NCBI GenBank assembly: GCA_963934255.1 | Contig: CAWVXU010000084.1 | Span: 1 to 11,510, forward strand | DNA from: an uncultured Fibrobacterales bacterium | GTDB lineage: Bacteria > Fibrobacterota > Fibrobacteria > Fibrobacterales > CAWVXU01 | DNA length: 11,510 nucleotides | Reading direction: 5' to 3' | Shown here: positions 6,840 to 11,510 of the stretch, piece after piece | Position numbering within the stretch: the stretch's first letter is position 1 | Layout: every line of letters starts with the position of its first letter | Made by a program: the position numbers and the translations under genes | Notes under the pieces: model-generated | What the model saw: the letters and a program-made list of their open reading frames with translations, nothing else | Databases searched by the model: none | What the model was told of the DNA's origin: nothing

Positions 6840-7652
6840 TTAATCCACTAAGATGATAACGCGACAATCGCTTAAAAATTTCATAGAAGCACTAGCGGCT
6901 TTAATATCGTTGGCATCGACGTTACTGACAACTAGGTCAGTTTTAGAGGCACCTTTCACTTGAATTGCTTTGATAATACCCGGGCTTTTGCCAACACGAT
7001 CAGTCATTTTTTTGGCTTGCTCAGGAGATTTCGCATATCCTGCCATGCCCCATTTTTGTGCAAATTTACGAGTCACATAAGCTGAACCATAAATTTCTTT
7101 GCCATCTTCATCAAGGATACGAGGTGCGATCGCTGGCATGACTTTCATACCACGAGCATCGATAATCAGACCAGTAAAAGCTGAACCTGATTTACCTTTT
7201 GCAATTTTGTGTGCTTTAGCCCTAGAGCCAACTTCACTAGGAAGTAGAGCTTCCATCATGTCTTTACCAATTGGAATAGTCACGGTGATTTCAATTGTTT
7301 TATCTGACATGTACTTGGGTTCTGATTCGTCAAAAGTGCGAATAAAGCCTTGAACCTTTTTAGTAATCACATCGCTAGTCACCATAAAATTTTCAACAGT
7401 GGTTGTTGAATTAATATTAATGCCTTTCATGATTTCTAGAGCATTCCGAAGTGCCACAGATCGCGCAGCTTGGATCGCCATCGGACGAGCCGTTACGGCT
7501 GGAAATTTGGGATTGGGTGCACCAATACCTGTGGCAGTAATTGTTTTTGCGTTCCAGTCAATTTGACCTTTTCCACCAAATTTCTGAATTTGTGAATGAA
7601 CACTTAAAGGCAACGCAAGTAATAAGGCAGCCATTCTTAATTTTTTAATCAT
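6840..7652 (-). CDS. Exported LPP20-like protein (first gene of the envelope operon); function unknown
   Basis: The ATG at 7652 with an upstream AGGA gives the signal peptide MIKKLRMAALLLALPLSVHS-Q and is preferred over TTG 7709. N-domain IDW...ITATGIGAP...AIQAARSVALRNALE..KGINI.S.TTVENF is LPP20-like. C-domain FTGLIIDARG...PAIAPRILDEDGKEIYG...CRVIILVD. Confidence 0.75.
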   Translation of the reverse strand: MIKKLRMAALLLALPLSVHSQIQKFGGKGQIDWNAKTITATGIGAPNPKFPAVTARPMAIQAARSVALRNALEIMKGININSTTTVENFMVTSDVITKKVQGFIRTFDESEPKYMSDKTIEITVTIPIGKDMMEALLPSEVGSRAKAHKIAKGKSGSAFTGLIIDARGMKVMPAIAPRILDEDGKEIYGSAYVTRKFAQKWGMAGYAKSPEQAKKMTDRVGKSPGIIKAIQVKGASKTDLVVSNVDANDIKAASASMKFLSDCRVIILVD

Positions 7653-7790
7653 AATAAAATTTCCTACAAAGTAGACTTTTGACATGAGATAAAGATAACA
7701 CTTTGACAAGGATTTTTTTGTTATTGAAACCCCTATCAGTGAGCTAAATCACCAAATTTGTTAAGTTTAGCTCAAAGAGGCAGTTAAAGT

Positions 7791-8903
7791 ATGATTTACA
7801 TCGCATTTTTGGTAGGAATAATCGTATTAGTCTATGTAGCAATGATGCTGTATTTCACTTATGGCGTCCTCAAAATGCGCCCTTTACAGCAACTCTCTTT
7901 AGCCACCCCCCCCGTGTCGGTAGTGGTTCCATTGCACAATGAAGAAAACTACGCACTCAAAACCCTAGAATGCTTGGCTGCACAAGACTATACTGGTCAG
8001 TTCCAAATCATCTGTGTTGATGATCGATCGACTGATGCAACTCCCCAGATACTTGCTGACTTTTGCCAGGACAAGCCCAACTTCCAATTCCTCAGTATCC
8101 CGCTAGATGCTGACACTGTTCCATCGCCTAAGAAGCGAGCCCTTGAGACTGGTTTCAAGCTGGCTGATGGTGAAATATTTATGACCATGGATGCTGATTG
8201 TGAGCCGCCGATGGTGTGGATTAGCTCAATGGTGTCCAAATTTGTCGATGGAATTGATATTGTACAAGGTCCTAAGCGAATCTTATTAAAAGAGAATAAT
8301 ATTTTACAGAACTATCAGACTATTGATACTCTGGGATTTACGCTAATAGAAGGTGCATTTTTTACTCTCAACAACCCTATGTTAGCCAGTGCGCCCTCGC
8401 TGGGATATCGCCGTGAACTCTACGAAAAAGTGGGTGGATTTGATGGTCTACGAGAGTTGGTCTCTGGTGATGACGATATGTTGGTTCAAAAAATGTCTGA
8501 GCACGCTCAAGGAATCGGCTATAACCTTGATCCTGAAGCTCAAGTTGGCACGGCTCCCATGCTCACCTGGAAGGGTTTGTTTTCTCAAAGGGCGAGATGG
8601 GCGAGTAATGGTGCTGAATATGATTCCAAACTTTATATCATTCTTTTACTTTGCGTCTATTTTTTCTTTGTTTGGTGTCTGATCGCCCCTCTGCTTGGGA
8701 TTCTCGGGTGGATGAGCTGGAGTTTGATTATCGGGTTTTATGTAATCAAAATACTTGTAGATTTTTTGTTCCTCTGGTGTGGTGCCCGTAAGCTTCAATG
8801 TACTCAGATTGTTTTTCGAAACTTTTTTGTGGGATGGCTAATCCAAATCCCACTCAGTGCTTGGGCGGCTCCTGCAGGGCATTTCAAATGGTACAAATGG
8901 TAA
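7791..8903 (+). CDS. Membrane-bound family 2 glycosyltransferase (D,D,D,QxxRW type)
   Basis: RBS GAGG and an N-terminal TM helix. Motifs VSVVVPLHNEE, VDDRSTD, KKRAL, DAD, SGDD and QRARW. Several C-terminal hydrophobic helices. Confidence 0.92.
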   Translation: MIYIAFLVGIIVLVYVAMMLYFTYGVLKMRPLQQLSLATPPVSVVVPLHNEENYALKTLECLAAQDYTGQFQIICVDDRSTDATPQILADFCQDKPNFQFLSIPLDADTVPSPKKRALETGFKLADGEIFMTMDADCEPPMVWISSMVSKFVDGIDIVQGPKRILLKENNILQNYQTIDTLGFTLIEGAFFTLNNPMLASAPSLGYRRELYEKVGGFDGLRELVSGDDDMLVQKMSEHAQGIGYNLDPEAQVGTAPMLTWKGLFSQRARWASNGAEYDSKLYIILLLCVYFFFVWCLIAPLLGILGWMSWSLIIGFYVIKILVDFLFLWCGARKLQCTQIVFRNFFVGWLIQIPLSAWAAPAGHFKWYKW

Positions 8904-9154
8904 AGGACACAAAAAAATCAAAATTACAGGTAAATCATTCTAATTCTAACATCTCAACATTATTAGCATTAACTGCATGTGGTACTATGGGTGATTTAGC
9001 TAAAGGTTTACCTGGTGGTGATTTAATTGCTGCTGGAGTAAAAGCAAAAGAGCTTGCTGACAAAGCTGAAAAATTCAATGAAAATATTGCTAAGAGAACT
9101 ACTCAATTAGCCGGGTCTAAAGCAGCTGAAACCAAAGCAACTGAAGCTCAGTAA
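8897..9154 (+). CDS. Small Ala/Lys-rich lipoprotein-like ORF (85 aa), possibly with a damaged 5' end
   Basis: The ATG at 8897 overlaps the GT2 stop. Lipobox LLALTA-C is followed by an amphipathic helical segment, AAGVKAKELADKAEKFNENIAKR. From 8951 the codons are strongly biased (GCT, GGT, TTA, AAA). A terminator follows. The first 33 codons of ORF 8798..9154 are a GT2 overlap. Confidence 0.6.
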   Translation: MVKDTKKSKLQVNHSNSNISTLLALTACGTMGDLAKGLPGGDLIAAGVKAKELADKAEKFNENIAKRTTQLAGSKAAETKATEAQ

Positions 9155-9184
9155 TTTTCTTTTTTGAATAAATCTAAGTAATAA

Positions 9185-9220
9185 AAATAACGCTATCTTT
9201 TAATTAAGGTAGCGTTATTT
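9185..9220. terminator. Bidirectional intrinsic terminator between the convergent lipoprotein ORF and cca
   Basis: 15-bp arms AAATAACGCTATCTT / AAGGTAGCGTTATTT (one G-U pair on the + strand) with a TTAATT loop and A/T-rich flanks. It abuts the cca stop codon. Confidence 0.8.
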
Positions 9221-10673
9221 ATTTGCTCATAGCATTTTTAAGCCAGAGAAGTGCAGTGTCTTTATCTTCAAAAGCTTCATCCATTTGCATTTCAAAACAA
9301 GCCTTAAGAGCAGGTCCAAACTGAGGTCCCGGAGTATATCCAAGGGAGATTAAATCCCGTCCTTGATACCATGCAGTAGGAGCTTCATCAAACACTCCCC
9401 AGTTTTTAGCAGAGTGGACTAGACCAATGATGTCAGAAGTAAATTGAATCTGATCCAAATCAGTGGGCTGAGGATTACTCAGTAAAGTAGTCTTCCATAT
9501 TGACCGGGATTGACCGAGCCCATCAAATTCCTTGCGACCTTTTAAATCAAGCTTGAGACTTTTGATCCATAAGATAAGTGCAAACTCTTGAATAGGACAA
9601 TCCAGTGCAATCCGTCTAATCACGCCAGGTAAAATTTGCGACATTTGCGATATTTCAGACAAGTCATGACTCATGTCATCCGAGTCTCTCAATTGAACGA
9701 CGTCATTTCGATATCTAAACCAAGCCCGACGTCGCGCCTGAACACGTTTGATGAGTTTAATATCATTCGTGAACCTGGCCAAAAAAGAATCCATCACAGC
9801 ATCATCTAAATCAAGCCCCAGTAGAGTATACATAAACACCAATTGATCGCGTTCATCGTCAAAATAATCAAGATAAAGAGTGGCAGTATTTAGCTGAAGC
9901 CCTAATTCAAATTCAGGATTTTGACTCTTAGCGCTAGACTTACTTAATTCATCACGAGTAGGTATCAAGCTCTCAAGCTCCGGGAAAAAGCGCAAAAGCT
10001 TCATCTCACGAATGAGCCATAAGCCTTTAGAAATATGAGTCGATTTTAAAAGAAGCTTTTTGAACTCTTCCTCAAATCGCTCCGTCGAAAGTTCACTCAA
10101 ATCTTGTTCGGCACAAATATCAACCGTAGCCTGAGGGACTGTCAAATCAAATCTGCTAGCAAATTGGATTGCCCTGAGAGCTCGGAGCGGGTCTTCACCA
10201 AAAGCAGGACCCACATGCTTGAGTAATCGGTTATCTAAATCTTGCTGGCCCTTTTGTGGGTCAACAATTTGACCTGTGACGAGATTAAATCCCATCGCAT
10301 TGATGGTGAAATCTCGACGCTGACTTGCTGTTACAAAATCCAAAAATGGATCAGATTGTATCTCAAATCCGCGATGACCATCACCAATTTTGACTTCAGT
10401 ACGTGGGAAAGAAAAATCATATTGCACATCCAAATGTCGCATGAGATAGACACCAAAAGATTTACCTACAGATGATGCTTTACCATAACGATTGAGGATT
10501 GCGAGTAAAACTTCTTCCTCGAGTCCGGATACTTCCACATCATAATCTTTAGAATCAACGCCTAAGATATGGTCGCGAACCCAGCCGCCCACCAAATGTG
10601 ACTCACCACCGAGCTCATGGATGTCATGAGCGATGTTTAAAAGGAATTTTGGAAGTATTTCAAGACTTTGCAT
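9219..10673 (-). CDS. cca: Class II tRNA nucleotidyltransferase (CCA-adding enzyme / poly(A) polymerase family) with a degenerate HD domain
   Basis: Motif A VGGWVRD...DYD, flexible loop PRTEVKIGDGHRGFEI, motif B RRDFTINAM, motif D EDPLR, motif E ERFEEEFKKLL and C-terminal GRDLISLGYTPGPQFG. The ATG at 10673 (upstream GGGG) is preferred because the 10742 start would overlap trpF. Confidence 0.88.
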   Translation of the reverse strand: MQSLEILPKFLLNIAHDIHELGGESHLVGGWVRDHILGVDSKDYDVEVSGLEEEVLLAILNRYGKASSVGKSFGVYLMRHLDVQYDFSFPRTEVKIGDGHRGFEIQSDPFLDFVTASQRRDFTINAMGFNLVTGQIVDPQKGQQDLDNRLLKHVGPAFGEDPLRALRAIQFASRFDLTVPQATVDICAEQDLSELSTERFEEEFKKLLLKSTHISKGLWLIREMKLLRFFPELESLIPTRDELSKSSAKSQNPEFELGLQLNTATLYLDYFDDERDQLVFMYTLLGLDLDDAVMDSFLARFTNDIKLIKRVQARRRAWFRYRNDVVQLRDSDDMSHDLSEISQMSQILPGVIRRIALDCPIQEFALILWIKSLKLDLKGRKEFDGLGQSRSIWKTTLLSNPQPTDLDQIQFTSDIIGLVHSAKNWGVFDEAPTAWYQGRDLISLGYTPGPQFGPALKACFEMQMDEAFEDKDTALLWLKNAMSK

Positions 10674-10732
10674 GACCCCAAAGTAGCAACTTAAATGTAT
10701 TTTTAGAGCACACAGACCAAAAGGAGAATACC

Positions 10733-11356
10733 ATGGTAGCACAAATCAAAGTTTGCGGCATTACTCAGCTCGACGATGCACTGATGTGTGAAGCACTCGG
10801 TGTAGACCTTTTGGGATTTAATTTTGTGGAGTCATCACCAAGATACATCGAGCCTTTGATGGCCGATGAGATTATTGCTGAGATTTCACCTGACACGGTT
10901 TGCGTGGGTGTTTTTCAAAACCCATCTCAAGAAGAAGTCAGTGAAGCCATCGATATGAGCGGTATTGATATGCTTCAATTTCATGGCAGTGAATCCCCTG
11001 ATTTCCTAGCTGAATTTGACATCCCTTGTATCAAAGTTTTCTCAGTGACTGATGATTTTAATCCGGCTAGCTTGGAGCCTTATATGAATGTTGCTGACTA
11101 TTTCTTATTTGATTCTCAAGTAGGTGATCAAGAAGGTGGCACCGGTGTGACTTTTGATTGGTCCAAAATTTCAGGTGTTGTTGGTGACAAGCCTTGGTTC
11201 ATCGCTGGCGGAATCGGACCCGGTAATATTGTTGAAGCAGTCACGACTCTCAATCCCCAATACGTAGACATCAACTCTCAAGTTGAAAAAAGTCCTGGCA
11301 CCAAAGACATCTCACTTGTACGTGAGTGTGTGGAGTTGATTGAAGGACTTTCTTAA
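10733..11356 (+). CDS. trpF: N-(5'-phosphoribosyl)anthranilate isomerase
   Basis: RBS AAGGAG. Motifs IKVCGIT (catalytic Cys), GFNF..SPRYI, VGVF, LQFHGSE, LFDS (catalytic Asp), GGTGVTFDW, IAGGIGPGN and VDINSQVE..PG.KD. Confidence 0.96.
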   Translation: MVAQIKVCGITQLDDALMCEALGVDLLGFNFVESSPRYIEPLMADEIIAEISPDTVCVGVFQNPSQEEVSEAIDMSGIDMLQFHGSESPDFLAEFDIPCIKVFSVTDDFNPASLEPYMNVADYFLFDSQVGDQEGGTGVTFDWSKISGVVGDKPWFIAGGIGPGNIVEAVTTLNPQYVDINSQVEKSPGTKDISLVRECVELIEGLS

Positions 11357-11485
11357 GTCGCAAATTTACTTATACTGCATTTATTTTCTATGGTAGTAAA
11401 ATGGTCCCCTGGGCTTTTGTAGGCCGCGAATTTACTTACACTACATTTGTTTTCTATCACACTAAAACAGTCCACTGGACTGTTT
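11354..11485. repeat. Two tandem, diverged 66-bp units (11354-11419 and 11420-11485)
   Basis: An ungapped alignment by eye gives 50/66 identity, with the core CGCRAATTTACTTAYACTRCATTTRTTTTCTAT. TTCTTAAG occurs at both 11350-11357 and 11495-11502. Confidence 0.85.
11465..11485. repeat. REP-like palindrome AAACAGTCCA-C-TGGACTGTTT
   Basis: Perfect 10-bp inverted repeat with a 1-nt centre in unit 2. The matching segment of unit 1 is degenerate (AAATGGTCCCCTGGGCTTTTG). Confidence 0.7.
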
Positions 11486-11510
11486 CTTGACGTGTTCTTA
11501 AGCTAGATGC

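Noticed and set aside
5048..7353. Short ORFs 5048..5263, 5975..6178, 5980..6270, 5997..6182, 6615..6800 and 7099..7353
   Set aside because: Antisense or off-frame shadows of the operon genes, expected from their codon bias.
4402..7652. Calling the operon genes flgT, flgP or csgG
   Set aside because: The resemblance is at fold or pattern level only and there is no flagellar or curli context in the window, so no gene symbols were assigned.
7653..7709. TTG-start N-terminal extension of the LPP20-like gene
   Set aside because: ATG 7652 has an SD and yields a clean signal peptide. The extension runs through the probable promoter region.
7997..10475. ORFs 7997..8239, 8389..8682 and 10242..10475
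   Set aside because: Nested in the GT2 or cca catalytic regions with no independent evidence.
10674..10742. N-terminal extension of cca to 10742
   Set aside because: It would overlap the trpF RBS and start, and family similarity begins after Met 10673.
11354..11485. 66-bp periodicity as a CRISPR array or a DGR template/variable repeat pair
   Set aside because: Similarity extends across the whole unit with no unique spacers, there are only two units, and there is no cas or reverse transcriptase gene in view. The mismatches are not restricted to adenines.

Overview
AT-rich bacterial chromosomal window, apparently from a diderm because it encodes several lipoproteins and exported proteins. It has no rRNA, tRNA, CRISPR array or transposase. 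Left to right it contains: the 3' part of a HAD-IIA (NagD-like) phosphatase (+); a compact UvrD/Rep/PcrA-type SF1A helicase that lacks the 2B and most of the 1B subdomain and is fused in frame to a membrane-bound PlsC-type acyltransferase (-); a terminator-bounded islet with a papain-family (C1A) cysteine-protease lipoprotein and a decapitated, decaying response-regulator receiver remnant (-); a tightly coupled three-gene exported/lipoprotein operon of unknown function (LPP20-like protein, TPR+SLH lipoprotein, FlgT-N/CsgG-like protein) (-); a divergent GT2 glycosyltransferase followed by a small lipoprotein-like ORF (+); a class II CCA-adding enzyme with a degenerate HD domain (-); a stand-alone trpF (+); and a 66-bp tandem repeat carrying a REP-like palindrome at the right edge. 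The best candidates for new biology are the minimal-helicase/acyltransferase fusion (with a specific frameshift caveat at the junction) and the envelope operon, two of whose proteins share a homologous VENFMV module. All family assignments come from motif recognition by eye; no searches were run.
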